Both the position numbers and the translations under genes were made by a program. 64,000 nt of DNA from an uncultured Methanosarcinales archaeon. GTDB lineage: Archaea > Nanobdellota > Nanobdellia > Woesearchaeales > ARS49. Under the pieces are notes generated by a model. The model saw only the letters and a program-made list of their open reading frames with translations, searched no databases and had not been told where the DNA came from. The stretch is from contig CAYHOF010000002.1 of NCBI GenBank assembly GCA_964358315.1, positions 10,738-74,737 on the forward strand. The letters run 5' to 3'. Below, piece by piece: positions 8,580 to 17,229 of the stretch; the stretch's first letter is position 1; each line of letters opens with the position of its first letter.

Positions 8580-10028
8580 ATGGCTGACGATCAAATTGTG
8601 CAGGCGAATCCTAATGTCTTGTCGGAGAGGTATGTGCCGTCTGAAACCAATGAAGTTTTCTCTGAGCGTGGCAAGAACATCGCCGAACGCGAGCTGTGGA
8701 TCGCGGTCATGAAGGGACAAAAAGAACTTGGTGTTCCGATCCCTGGCGAGGATATTGTGAAGTTCGAGAATGCCAAAGACAATGTTGACCTCGCCATGAT
8801 CAAGGAGATCGAACGTAAGACGCGTCACGATATCAAGGCAAAGATCGAAACGTTCGTCAAGACAGCAGGTGCAGGCGAATATTTGCACAAAGCCATGACG
8901 AGCCGGGACCTGACTGATAACGTGGAACAGATGCAGAACTTACGGGCATCAAAGATCATACTAGGTCGTTATGTCGGCGTGGCACGCCACATGATCGACA
9001 AGGTCGAGGAGTACAGAGACATCCTGCTGACCGCGCGCACGCATCACCAAGCAGCCCAACCAACGCTCTTCGGTAGACGGATGGCGATGTGGGCTGATGA
9101 GTTGCTATTCCACATCGGGGAGATGGAACACTTCATCGATGTGTACCCGCTACGCGGCATCAGGGGCCCTGTTGGCACGCAGTTCGACATGCTTTCGCTG
9201 CTCGGCAGCGCTGAAAAAGTAGACCGGCTCGAAATACTCGTCGCAAAACATCTAGGGTTCGCAAAGACGCTTGATGCGACAGGACAAGTGTATCCACGAT
9301 CGCTTGATTATGCACTCGCCGCACGACTGGTCGGTCTCGCGGCGGCGTGCGAAAACTTCGGCATCGGCGTACGCTTGATGTCTGGCTACGAATTGTGTGA
9401 AGAGGGCTTCCAGGAAGGCCAAGTCGGCTCCAGCATCATGCCGCACAAGATGAACACGCGGAGTTCAGAGCGTATTTGCGGCGCAGGCAAGCTTGTCAAA
9501 ATGTACAGTGTCGGCGCGATGTTGCTCTCCGGCGACCAATGGGAGGAAGGCGATGTCTCTTGTTCGATCACGCGACGCGTGGTGCAGCCAGACCAGTTCT
9601 ACGCATCGGAAGCGGTGACCGAGACTACCATGACCGTGCTCAACGAGATGGGCGTCTACCCGGAAATGATCAAGGCAGAATTCAAGAAATACCTGCCGTT
9701 CTTGGCATCGACGGAAATGCTGACGATCGCCACAAAAGCAGGCATCGGTAGGGAGCAGGCGCATAAGATCATCAAACAGCATGCGGTGGGCGAAGCGATT
9801 CGTATGCGCAAGACAGGAGAACTCCCGTATCTTGCAAACCGCCTAGCGCAAGACCCAGTGTTCCAACAACACGGCATCACCGAGAAACAATTGCAGTCTG
9901 TGCTTGATGATACGACGCACTTCATTGGCAATGCGAACAAGCAAATGGACGCGGTGAAGACGAAAGCGCAAGTCTTCATCGACAAGTACAAGGACGCCGC
10001 GGCATACGAGCCACGACCGATCCTCTGA
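8580..10028 (+). CDS. purB: Adenylosuccinate lyase.
   Basis: The 482 aa protein has the fumarate-lyase family signature (MTSRDLTDN, GSSIMPHKMN). Confidence 0.85.
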   Translation: MADDQIVQANPNVLSERYVPSETNEVFSERGKNIAERELWIAVMKGQKELGVPIPGEDIVKFENAKDNVDLAMIKEIERKTRHDIKAKIETFVKTAGAGEYLHKAMTSRDLTDNVEQMQNLRASKIILGRYVGVARHMIDKVEEYRDILLTARTHHQAAQPTLFGRRMAMWADELLFHIGEMEHFIDVYPLRGIRGPVGTQFDMLSLLGSAEKVDRLEILVAKHLGFAKTLDATGQVYPRSLDYALAARLVGLAAACENFGIGVRLMSGYELCEEGFQEGQVGSSIMPHKMNTRSSERICGAGKLVKMYSVGAMLLSGDQWEEGDVSCSITRRVVQPDQFYASEAVTETTMTVLNEMGVYPEMIKAEFKKYLPFLASTEMLTIATKAGIGREQAHKIIKQHAVGEAIRMRKTGELPYLANRLAQDPVFQQHGITEKQLQSVLDDTTHFIGNANKQMDAVKTKAQVFIDKYKDAAAYEPRPIL

Positions 10029-10096
10029 ACCCATCACCTACCAGTGATTTCGTTTTTCGGGCAAGATTTTAATAGACGGAGACAAGGGAGCACATC

Positions 10097-10591
10097 ATGG
10101 CGAAGAAGATCAAGAACACCGCGAAGAAATCCGCAAAGCCAGTCGTCATCAAGGAAGCTGCTGTCGAGAAGAAGGACGCCGTCAAGCATGACGTGAAGCC
10201 ATCGCTCTTCAAGGCAGGCATCGTGGCGTTCGTGGTCATCGCAGTCATCAATTTCGTCGTGAACGGCATCTTGCTCGCACCGGTGTGGAGCGCGATGGAA
10301 GTCGCGGGCGTGGTGCGCGAAGGCCAGGGCGGCCAGATTGCGCTCGCAGGCATCTTCGGCCTCATGCTCGTCATGGGCTTCGTCCTTGCGTGGCTTGTCA
10401 AGCGTGCGCAGCTCAAGGGCGCAGGCGCTGCATTGGGCTTTGGCGTCGTGATCGGCATCTTCATAGCGGTTCCTGACGTCGCAGGATTCCTGTTCTATCG
10501 CGTGCCTGCCATCGTGCCGATCGTGGGGCTTGTGGCCAACATCGTGGGGTTCGCGCTCGCGAGCATGGCTGCCTGGTTCGTCAACAACTAG
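10097..10591 (+). CDS. Membrane protein with a Lys-rich N-terminus followed by 4 TM helices.
   Basis: The hydrophobic segments were read directly from the sequence. No family was recognised. Confidence 0.45.
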   Translation: MAKKIKNTAKKSAKPVVIKEAAVEKKDAVKHDVKPSLFKAGIVAFVVIAVINFVVNGILLAPVWSAMEVAGVVREGQGGQIALAGIFGLMLVMGFVLAWLVKRAQLKGAGAALGFGVVIGIFIAVPDVAGFLFYRVPAIVPIVGLVANIVGFALASMAAWFVNN

Positions 10592-10633
10592 GCGTCCATA
10601 AGTCTTTTAAGCGGCCAGAAGGGTTGTTCTGGC

Positions 10634-11341
10634 ATGCATGACATACATAGTGCCATCCTTCTCGCTGGAGGCCTTGGGACGCGCTTGCGGCCGCTCACGC
10701 TCACGACACCAAAGCCATTGGTGCCGGTGCAGGGCAGGACGCTGATCGAGATGAATTTCGACATCCTGCGTAAGTTCGGCATCACGGACGTGACGTTGTG
10801 CGTCGGCTATCTTGCGGACACGATCAAGGCGTACATTGGAGATGGTTCTCGTTTTGGGCTCCGTGTTTCGTACTGTGTCGAACACGAGCCATTGGGGACT
10901 GGAGGCGCAATCGCGCAGGTGCGCAGGCCTCAAGGCACGACGCTCGTGATGAACAGCGATAACCTCTACGATATCGATCTCAATGACGTCTACAACAAGC
11001 ACAAGGCATCTGGTGCGCTCGTGACAGACATGCTCACGCAAATCGAGGACCCGACCAAATCAGGCGTCGTGCGGCTCGAAGGAGAAAAAATCATTGAGTT
11101 CGTGGAGAAACCGAAGCTCGAAGACGCGCCTTCACGACTCATCAATGCCGGTTATTACTTGTTCGAGCCCAGCGTGTGGGACCACCTGCCCAAAGGCAAG
11201 TGTTCGCTCGAAAAAGACGTGTTCCCTCTGCTCGCGAGAGACCGGAAGATGAACGCCTTCATCGGCACCGGGCAGTGGTTCCCGACCGACACACCAGAAC
11301 TTCTTGCGCAGGTCAACAATAAATGGGTCCCTGTGCGTTGA
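10634..11341 (+). CDS. Sugar-phosphate nucleotidyltransferase (NDP-sugar pyrophosphorylase family).
   Basis: It has the G-rich loop LLAGGLGTRLRPLT and KPLVPV. Confidence 0.7.
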   Translation: MHDIHSAILLAGGLGTRLRPLTLTTPKPLVPVQGRTLIEMNFDILRKFGITDVTLCVGYLADTIKAYIGDGSRFGLRVSYCVEHEPLGTGGAIAQVRRPQGTTLVMNSDNLYDIDLNDVYNKHKASGALVTDMLTQIEDPTKSGVVRLEGEKIIEFVEKPKLEDAPSRLINAGYYLFEPSVWDHLPKGKCSLEKDVFPLLARDRKMNAFIGTGQWFPTDTPELLAQVNNKWVPVR

Positions 11342-11367
11342 ACGCAAGGTTCTAATACCATCATTGC

Positions 11368-11997
11368 GTGTCAAATGGCGTGGTAAAGACGTCGTGGGAT
11401 GCTGAGGTCAAGAGACACCGTTTGCCGGATCACGATATCGAATTCATTTTCTTGAAGCGTTGGTCGCCGCGTTCGATGACGGGAGAATCTATCGATAAGG
11501 AAGAGCTCATGTCGCTCTTCGAAGCGGCGCGCTGGGCGCCCTCATCGTACAACGGACAGCCCTGGCGTTTCGTCTACGCGATGCGTGGCACGACGCAGTT
11601 CGAGACGTTCTTCAAGTTGCTCACGCCAGGCAACCAAGAATGGTGCAAGGACGCCGCTGTGCTCGTCGTGACGGCGTCGCGTGACACCTTCGAATATAAT
11701 AGCAAACCAGAACGCACGCACACCTTCGACACGGGCGCTGCGTGGGAGAACATTGCGTTGCAGGCAGCGGCGCGCGAGCTCGTGGTGCACGCCATGGAAG
11801 GCTTCGATTACGACAAGGCCGCGAAGGTCTGCAAGATACCCAAAGGCCACACTATCGAGATGATGTTCGCCGTGGGCAAGCGCGGCTCAAAGGACAGGCT
11901 GCCCGAGCGTGTGCGCGAGTGGGAGGCACCAAACGCACGCAAGAAGGTGGAAGAGTTCGCCTTCGAGGGCGTGTTCAAGGAAACGAAGAAAAAATGA
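11368..11997 (+). CDS. Nitroreductase family protein.
   Basis: It has the pattern RWAPSSYNGQPWRFV, a GTG start and a length of about 209 aa. Confidence 0.65.
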   Translation: MSNGVVKTSWDAEVKRHRLPDHDIEFIFLKRWSPRSMTGESIDKEELMSLFEAARWAPSSYNGQPWRFVYAMRGTTQFETFFKLLTPGNQEWCKDAAVLVVTASRDTFEYNSKPERTHTFDTGAAWENIALQAAARELVVHAMEGFDYDKAAKVCKIPKGHTIEMMFAVGKRGSKDRLPERVREWEAPNARKKVEEFAFEGVFKETKKK

Positions 11998-12004
11998 CGG
12001 AAGA

Positions 12005-12319
12005 TTATTTGTGTCCGAAGTAGAACATCTTCTTGATGTCGACGTCTTCGGGCGTGTAGTTGCCCTGGCGCGGGTGGGACGCCGGCTTGTCATCGGAAGG
12101 CAGCACTTTCTGTGCTGGTTCTGATCGCTGCTGCCGTGGCGCGGCCGCCATCTGCGCTTTGAGCTGTTGCATGTCCGACACTTGGGCCTTGATACTCTGG
12201 AACTCCATCGCGAGCGCTTGTATGGTGTCCTTGAGCAGCGTGACCTGCTTGTCGTATTTCTTCATCTGTTGCTCGAAGAGCATCTTGTACCGCTCTTCTA
12301 TCAACGCACTGCCATCCAT
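12005..12319 (-). CDS. Coiled-coil hypothetical protein, the last gene of a 3-gene minus-strand operon.
   Basis: The ORF is 104 aa with heptad-like repeats. It is tightly spaced behind the zinc-ribbon gene. Confidence 0.4.
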   Translation of the reverse strand: MDGSALIEERYKMLFEQQMKKYDKQVTLLKDTIQALAMEFQSIKAQVSDMQQLKAQMAAAPRQQRSEPAQKVLPSDDKPASHPRQGNYTPEDVDIKKMFYFGHK

Positions 12320-12337
12320 GATGATTCCTCCTCTTTT

Positions 12338-12574
12338 TCAGTAGTATGGTTCGAACTTCGGTGTGGTCTGGGGCTCGTTCACGGCCGGTTTTGATTGTTG
12401 TGGCGCCGGGATCTTTGCGCGCTGCACTGTTGAAAGCTGGCCGCTGCACTTGTCGCAGTAGACCTTGTTTCCGTTGCGTTGCGAGATGCACATCTCGCAC
12501 ACGCGCACGCCGCACCAGTTGCAGACGCCGATGATATCCTTGCGGTGCTTGATGCACCGGTCAGCACTACCCAT
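12338..12574 (-). CDS. Zinc-ribbon / B-box-like zinc-finger protein.
   Basis: Cys pairs CIKH...CNWC...CEMC...CDKC fall within 50 aa, consistent with a B-box or treble-clef pattern. Confidence 0.5.
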   Translation of the reverse strand: MGSADRCIKHRKDIIGVCNWCGVRVCEMCISQRNGNKVYCDKCSGQLSTVQRAKIPAPQQSKPAVNEPQTTPKFEPYY

Positions 12575-13315
12575 TCATGCACCCTGGAAGTTCTCCTTGA
12601 TGAACTCGAGCATCATGGTGTTGCCTGCCTTTTCGTAGGCGTCGTGCGCCATGCGCAGCACGCCTTGGCGCAGGCACGTGTCGCCGAGCAGGTTAAGCTT
12701 GTCCTTGTCTTCCGCGCCCGAGTATGACTTGAACGCGTACGCGAGCTGGTTGTCCGCGAGGCAGCGGTCGCCCACCTCGACGAGTTTGGGCTTGCTCTTG
12801 ATGGCGCTGAACACTTCGATGGCGAAGTCCCACTTGGACTTGTTCATGCAGAATTCGCCGACCTTGATGAGCTTCTCGTTGTTGCCGAGCAGCCGGTACG
12901 CCTTGATGGCGTCGCCGAGCCTGCCGTCCGTGAGGCACTTGTCGCCGATGCGCATGAGTTCGTCGCGGTTGTCCGCGAGGCGGAACGCGTCGATGGCGTG
13001 CGAGAACAGCGCGACTTTCTCGTAGTCGTGCCCGATCTCGGTGAGCTTCGAGCGGTTGCCGCTGAGGATGAACGCCTTGATCGCCTGGTCGAGCGAGCCT
13101 TTGCGTTGGTATTCCTCGCCAAGCGCGTTGAGGATGCCGAGGCGTGTCTCCTCGTTGAACATCGTCAGGTTGATGTTGTCCAGGCCTTTCTCGATGAGGC
13201 TTGGGACGATGCGTCGGAAATTGTCCATTTCAGGCTTCTTGTTCAAGACGGCCTGGCTTGCCTGCGCCATGTTGTCGACCATCTTCCTCATAATGACTGA
13301 ATCTTCGGCTGCCAC
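12575..13315 (-). CDS. Tandem-repeat protein with six 29-aa repeats (L..hG..C[LM]..G.L..AI.A[FY]...G), a TPR/HEAT-like solenoid.
   Basis: The repeats were aligned by eye, for example LMRIGDKCLTDGRLGDAIKAYRLLGNNEK and LVEVGDRCLADNQLAYAFKSYSGAEDKDK. Its stop abuts the start of the zinc-ribbon gene. Confidence 0.6.
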   Translation of the reverse strand: MAAEDSVIMRKMVDNMAQASQAVLNKKPEMDNFRRIVPSLIEKGLDNINLTMFNEETRLGILNALGEEYQRKGSLDQAIKAFILSGNRSKLTEIGHDYEKVALFSHAIDAFRLADNRDELMRIGDKCLTDGRLGDAIKAYRLLGNNEKLIKVGEFCMNKSKWDFAIEVFSAIKSKPKLVEVGDRCLADNQLAYAFKSYSGAEDKDKLNLLGDTCLRQGVLRMAHDAYEKAGNTMMLEFIKENFQGA

Positions 13316-13451
13316 GTGTTCACCTGCACTTCCTTTTTCTGTGTCCCTCTTTTACTATTCCGCAATAAAAACTGGAGACATATTTAAATTTTATTAGACT
13401 GCAGATGGGCGGGCGCAAAGCTTTTTATCCATTGCAGGGTGCGGCGCTGAC

Positions 13452-13889
13452 ATGGCTGAGGACATCATGACCACGCTGCGTGAGTGGGCGCTGCAGTACC
13501 TGCAGAACCGCGACCTGCTCATGCGGGCCATCACCGGGATCCAGAAGAACACGGACGGGTGGGACATCGTGCTCACGACGACCACGGAGTCCCGTTACGT
13601 GACCGTCCTGCCCGACCTTGGCGCCATCACAGGCATTCTTGAGAAGGCGAGCGGCAAGAATGTGCTTGTCGTCACGACCAACGTGCGCACGAACGTCGAC
13701 GCCGTCATCGCGGCATGGCCGGAACTCATCAAGCACCCTAAACTCTCGATCCTGTTCGTCAACCCGTACTCGGGCACGGACAAGCGCTGGACCATCAACC
13801 CGCACGTGCACGAGAAGGTCACCGAGCGCAAGGCGCTCAAGCTTGGCCTCTATAGTCTTTTCTCGACGGTCGAAGAATACGCGGGCTAA
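13452..13889 (+). CDS. Hypothetical protein (145 aa).
   Basis: The ORF has good GC3 codon usage. A divergent AT-rich promoter (TTTAAATTTTA) lies at about 13380-13395. Confidence 0.45.
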   Translation: MAEDIMTTLREWALQYLQNRDLLMRAITGIQKNTDGWDIVLTTTTESRYVTVLPDLGAITGILEKASGKNVLVVTTNVRTNVDAVIAAWPELIKHPKLSILFVNPYSGTDKRWTINPHVHEKVTERKALKLGLYSLFSTVEEYAG

Positions 13890-14224
13890 CGCGCGGCAAG
13901 GACGATCGTGGCGATGCCGATGAGCGTGCCGGCCACTACTTGCCAGGGCGTGTGGCGCTTGATGTTGTGGTGCCCGAACGCGTCGTACATGACGATGAGC
14001 GCGAACACGAGCGTCACGATAAAGAGCGTGCTCTCGAGGCCTTCAGTGAAGCCGACTGCTGTCACGAGCGAGGACACGAGCGCGGAATGGGAGCTCGGCA
14101 TGCCTCCCGGCTGGAAGAAGCTGCGCCACAAGAAGCGCTTGGCGTGCACGCTATCAATGGTCGTCTTGAGCGATTGCGTGATGAGCCACGCGAGCGGCAC
14201 GTACCAGTAGAGCGTCGACACCAT
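13886..14224 (-). CDS. YuiD/PAP2-like membrane protein (acid phosphatase/vanadium haloperoxidase-related, DUF212).
   Basis: It has the GGMPSSHSA motif and a hydrophobic profile typical of the family. Its ATG lies 2 nt downstream of the tRNA-Gly 3' end. Confidence 0.65.
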   Translation of the reverse strand: MVSTLYWYVPLAWLITQSLKTTIDSVHAKRFLWRSFFQPGGMPSSHSALVSSLVTAVGFTEGLESTLFIVTLVFALIVMYDAFGHHNIKRHTPWQVVAGTLIGIATIVLAAR

Positions 14225-14225
14225 A

Positions 14226-14296
14226 TGCGGCTGGCGGGAATCGAACCCGCATCCGAAGCTTGGGAAGCTCCTATTCTACCACTAAACTACAGCCGC
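14226..14296 (-). tRNA. tRNA-Gly (anticodon CCC). CCA is not encoded.
   Basis: Folded by hand from the reverse complement GCGGCTGTAGTTTAGTGGTAGAATAGGAGCTTCCCAAGCTTCGGATGCGGGTTCGATTCCCGCCAGCCGCA. The 7 bp acceptor stem, the anticodon loop UUCCCAA, the T-arm GCGGG-UUCGAUU-CCCGC and discriminator A are all consistent. Confidence 0.85.
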
Positions 14297-14320
14297 GTAT
14301 GACTGCGGCGATAATGGCAG

Positions 14321-14330
14321 GATAAAAAAC
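14321..14330 (-). promoter_or_regulatory. TATA box (GTTTTTTATC on the minus strand) 25-34 nt upstream of the tRNA-Gly 5' end.
   Basis: The position relative to the tRNA was read directly. The element overlaps the stop of the PRC-barrel gene. Confidence 0.5.
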
Positions 14331-14629
14331 TACTCTTCTGCCTCGGACTCCTCGCCCGAGTAGCTCGGCACCGCGGCCTTGGATATAATCATGACGTCGC
14401 CGATGCTCTTGACGAGCGTGTGCGGCACGACGACTCCTTTTGCCGAGCCGAGCACCTTGCTCAAGAACGAGTTCTTGGTCGCGCGGACGCGCCAGCCATG
14501 CACTTTGGTCGGTGTGAGCACCGCTTCTTCCACGTCACCGAAATAGTCACCGGTATCCGTGAAGACCTTCATATCGTACGCTTCAGAAACCTTCTTGAGC
14601 TTCAACATCACCATTCCCTCCTTACACAA
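14330..14629 (-). CDS. PRC-barrel domain protein.
   Basis: It matches the small archaeal PRC-barrel pattern (VFTDTGDYFGDVEEAVL...VVVPHTLVKSIGDVMII). The exact start among several N-terminal Met codons is uncertain. Confidence 0.55.
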   Translation of the reverse strand: MCKEGMVMLKLKKVSEAYDMKVFTDTGDYFGDVEEAVLTPTKVHGWRVRATKNSFLSKVLGSAKGVVVPHTLVKSIGDVMIISKAAVPSYSGEESEAEE

Positions 14630-14729
14630 CGATTGTTTATACCATTACGTAATGGTCATAGTATTTAAATTTTGTCGGGCTAGAGGATGCACCCATAGGC
14701 ATAAATACGTTCGTTCTGGACGATATCGC

Positions 14730-15401
14730 ATGATTGTGGGCAATCTCGTGATCATCGGCACCAGCCATATCGCCAAGCAGAGCGTGAAGGAGATCGACGC
14801 CGCCTTCGAGGACCACACGCCTGCTGTCGTCGCCATCGAACTCGACAGTGGCCGCCTCGAAGGATTGCTGCATCCGCAGCCGCACAAGGTGCGCTTGCGC
14901 GACATCAGGCAGTTGGGGGTCACGGGGTTCTTGTTCTCCGTCATCGGCGCATGGGCGGAGAAGGCGCTTGGCGGCCAGGTGGGGACAAAACCCGGCGCGG
15001 ACATGCTGCACGCGATCAAGCTCGCGCAGCGACGCAAGATTCCCATAGCGCTCGTCGACCAGGACATCCGCATCACGCTCAAGCGCCTCTCAAAAGGCGT
15101 CACCTGGCGTGAGAAGGGAAGGTTCATCCTGGATGTCGTCAAAGGCGCGCTTGGCGGCAAGAAACAGCTGCCCTTCGACCTCAGCACGGTGCCGAGCCAG
15201 GAGGTCATCGACACGCTCATCAAGGACGTGCGCAAGCGTTATCCGAACGTGTACCGCGTGCTCGTGCACGAACGCAATCACGTCATGGCACGACGGCTCG
15301 CCGACCTTTCCAGGCGCACGACGAACGGACGCGTGGTCGCGATCGTGGGCGCCGGCCACACGCGCGAGATCGCCGGGATCGTGCGGCACCACCTCGGATA
15401 G
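14730..15401 (+). CDS. TraB/GumN family protein.
   Basis: It has IIGTSHIAKQSVKEI ... VVAIELD ... IALVDQDI. The start is taken at ATG 14730, in frame with ORF 14559. Confidence 0.7.
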   Translation: MIVGNLVIIGTSHIAKQSVKEIDAAFEDHTPAVVAIELDSGRLEGLLHPQPHKVRLRDIRQLGVTGFLFSVIGAWAEKALGGQVGTKPGADMLHAIKLAQRRKIPIALVDQDIRITLKRLSKGVTWREKGRFILDVVKGALGGKKQLPFDLSTVPSQEVIDTLIKDVRKRYPNVYRVLVHERNHVMARRLADLSRRTTNGRVVAIVGAGHTREIAGIVRHHLG

Positions 15402-15432
15402 GTTTATAAATCGCTTCTGCGTCGATTTCCTC

Positions 15433-16179
15433 ATGTCGCTGCATAACGAGTGGGCGAAGATAACAAGGTATTTCCCCCCGACGCGCCAGGAATGGCTCGA
15501 GTTCCTGCTCGTCGCGCTCATATTCGGCTTCGTCATCTCGTTCAATGAATGGGGTGCAGGCGCGTTCGACGCGCTCGAAGGCCTGCGCAACCTCTTGCTC
15601 GCCACCCTCCTGTGCGCGCTCGCGCTGGCAGTGCATCACGGCGCGCAACGCTTGGTGGGACTGCGGTTCGATAGCCGCGTGCAGCACCACGTATGGTGGA
15701 CCGGCCTGATGCTCTCGTTGCTCTTCGCATTCATCTCGCGCGGCGCACTGCCCTTCCTCGCCGCGACAGGCACAACTGTCGAGGACATGCCGTTGCACCG
15801 CCTGGGCCACTTCCGCTACAAACTTGGCGCGCTTGCGCAGATGTGGATACAGCTGGCAGGACCGATCGCGAACGTCATCGTGGCGTTCGTGCTGTGGCTG
15901 CTGATCCGCACGACCGTGCTCGCCGGCGGCATCGCGTCGACGTTCGTCGGCATCAACGTCATGATGGCCGTGCTCAACCTTCTGCCCATTCCGCCGCTGG
16001 ACGGGACGCGCGTGTTCTTCGTCTCGCGCCTGTTCTATGCCGTCGCGTTCGGTGCAGTGCTCGCGGGTGGATTGACGTACGTCCTTTCACCGGCAGTGAC
16101 TCCGCTGCTCTTGATCATCATCACCATGGCAGGCGCGATCGTCGCCGGCGTTGGTTGGCATTACGCGTTCGAGAAATGA
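15433..16179 (+). CDS. Site-2 protease (peptidase M50)-like membrane protein with a degenerate zinc-binding motif (HHGAQ in place of HExxH).
   Basis: The LNLLPIPPLDG motif and the TM topology are typical of M50. The HExxH position reads LAVHHGAQRLVG. The start is taken at ATG 15433, in frame with ORF 15109. Confidence 0.6.
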   Translation: MSLHNEWAKITRYFPPTRQEWLEFLLVALIFGFVISFNEWGAGAFDALEGLRNLLLATLLCALALAVHHGAQRLVGLRFDSRVQHHVWWTGLMLSLLFAFISRGALPFLAATGTTVEDMPLHRLGHFRYKLGALAQMWIQLAGPIANVIVAFVLWLLIRTTVLAGGIASTFVGINVMMAVLNLLPIPPLDGTRVFFVSRLFYAVAFGAVLAGGLTYVLSPAVTPLLLIIITMAGAIVAGVGWHYAFEK

Positions 16180-16180
16180 C

Positions 16181-16513
16181 ATGGGAAACTACTTCAACTT
16201 CGCAAAGGACTGGGGCGAGATGCTCGGCGCGATCGCGTTCATCATCGGCATAGTGCTGGCGCTCGCGACAGTCCGCCCTGATATCACGTACGCGGTCGCG
16301 CTCGTGTGCGGCCTCATGTTCGGACGCCAGTGGCATCGCGCGAGGCGCGGCCCGAAACTGCACTGGTACATCATCATCCTCGGGTTCGTCGTCGGCTACA
16401 CCCTGGGTTCCGTGTTCTATGTGCCGTTCGTCGGCATTGTCGTGGCGTTCGTGCTCGGGCTCGTCGGTGGCTATGTGGTGCGCAAATACGTCTTCCACAC
16501 GCTACGCTACTAA
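16181..16513 (+). CDS. Small membrane protein (3-4 TM helices).
   Basis: Hydrophobic ORF. The internal ATG lies just after the upstream stop. Confidence 0.4.
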   Translation: MGNYFNFAKDWGEMLGAIAFIIGIVLALATVRPDITYAVALVCGLMFGRQWHRARRGPKLHWYIIILGFVVGYTLGSVFYVPFVGIVVAFVLGLVGGYVVRKYVFHTLRY

Positions 16514-16798
16514 GCGCAAAATGGTATCGTGCACGTGTGCGAGATTCTGCGGCGTGGTCTGCAAGAACCACAACCCCTGCGGATAGATGACGACGTTGAC
16601 ACCCACGTCGTTGCAGAAGCCCAAGCATCCTGTGCGCGTCACCCACACGCTGCGTGCCAACCCGCGCTCCATCACCCACTGCTTGAGCGCACGATAGATG
16701 TCGATGCCGCCGACCGCGGAACAACAACTGCCCGACGCCCGCTCGTTGCAGCACACAAGCACGTGCACCGCATAACCGAGTTCTTGCTGCGTCTTCAT
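16502..16798 (-). CDS. Thioredoxin-like [2Fe-2S] ferredoxin.
   Basis: The Cys pattern VLVCCNERASGSCC ... GCLGFCNDVGVNVVIYPQGLWF is present. The start is taken at the internal ATG 16798 (MKTQQ). Confidence 0.6.
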   Translation of the reverse strand: MKTQQELGYAVHVLVCCNERASGSCCSAVGGIDIYRALKQWVMERGLARSVWVTRTGCLGFCNDVGVNVVIYPQGLWFLQTTPQNLAHVHDTILRLVA

Positions 16799-16849
16799 GT
16801 GCTGCAGGCAAAAAGACATTCTTATAAAGATTGATGCTACGGCACGACC

Positions 16850-17227
16850 ATGCGTCTGCCCAAACGGTATGGGGAATCGAAAGAAACGAAGTGCCCGTTC
16901 TGCTCGAAACCCGCGATGTCGATCAGCGTGCAGCAAGTGCCGGTGTGCAAGAACCACGTCGACACCAAGCTCCCTGACATACGGTGCGCGTGCGGCAGCT
17001 GGCTCGAGATGCGGGAAGGCAAGTGGGGCCCGTTCTTCTTGTGCGACCGTTGCGGCCCTGTCTCGTTCAAGAAAGGCATCGAGATGCTCGGCTTCATGAA
17101 ACCGAAAGACGCGATACAGACCACGTCCCCATCATCGACCAAGCAGGCCACGACGACCAAGCCCGCGCCTGCGCGCCAACCCGTCACCCAAGTCGTGCGG
17201 AGCGACGACCCGCGGTTCTTTGATTGA
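16850..17227 (+). CDS. Zinc-ribbon protein of the topoisomerase-type C4 finger family.
   Basis: It has the CPFCSK...C...H and CACGSW...GPFFLCDRCG patterns. Confidence 0.5.
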   Translation: MRLPKRYGESKETKCPFCSKPAMSISVQQVPVCKNHVDTKLPDIRCACGSWLEMREGKWGPFFLCDRCGPVSFKKGIEMLGFMKPKDAIQTTSPSSTKQATTTKPAPARQPVTQVVRSDDPRFFD

Positions 17228-17229
17228 AG

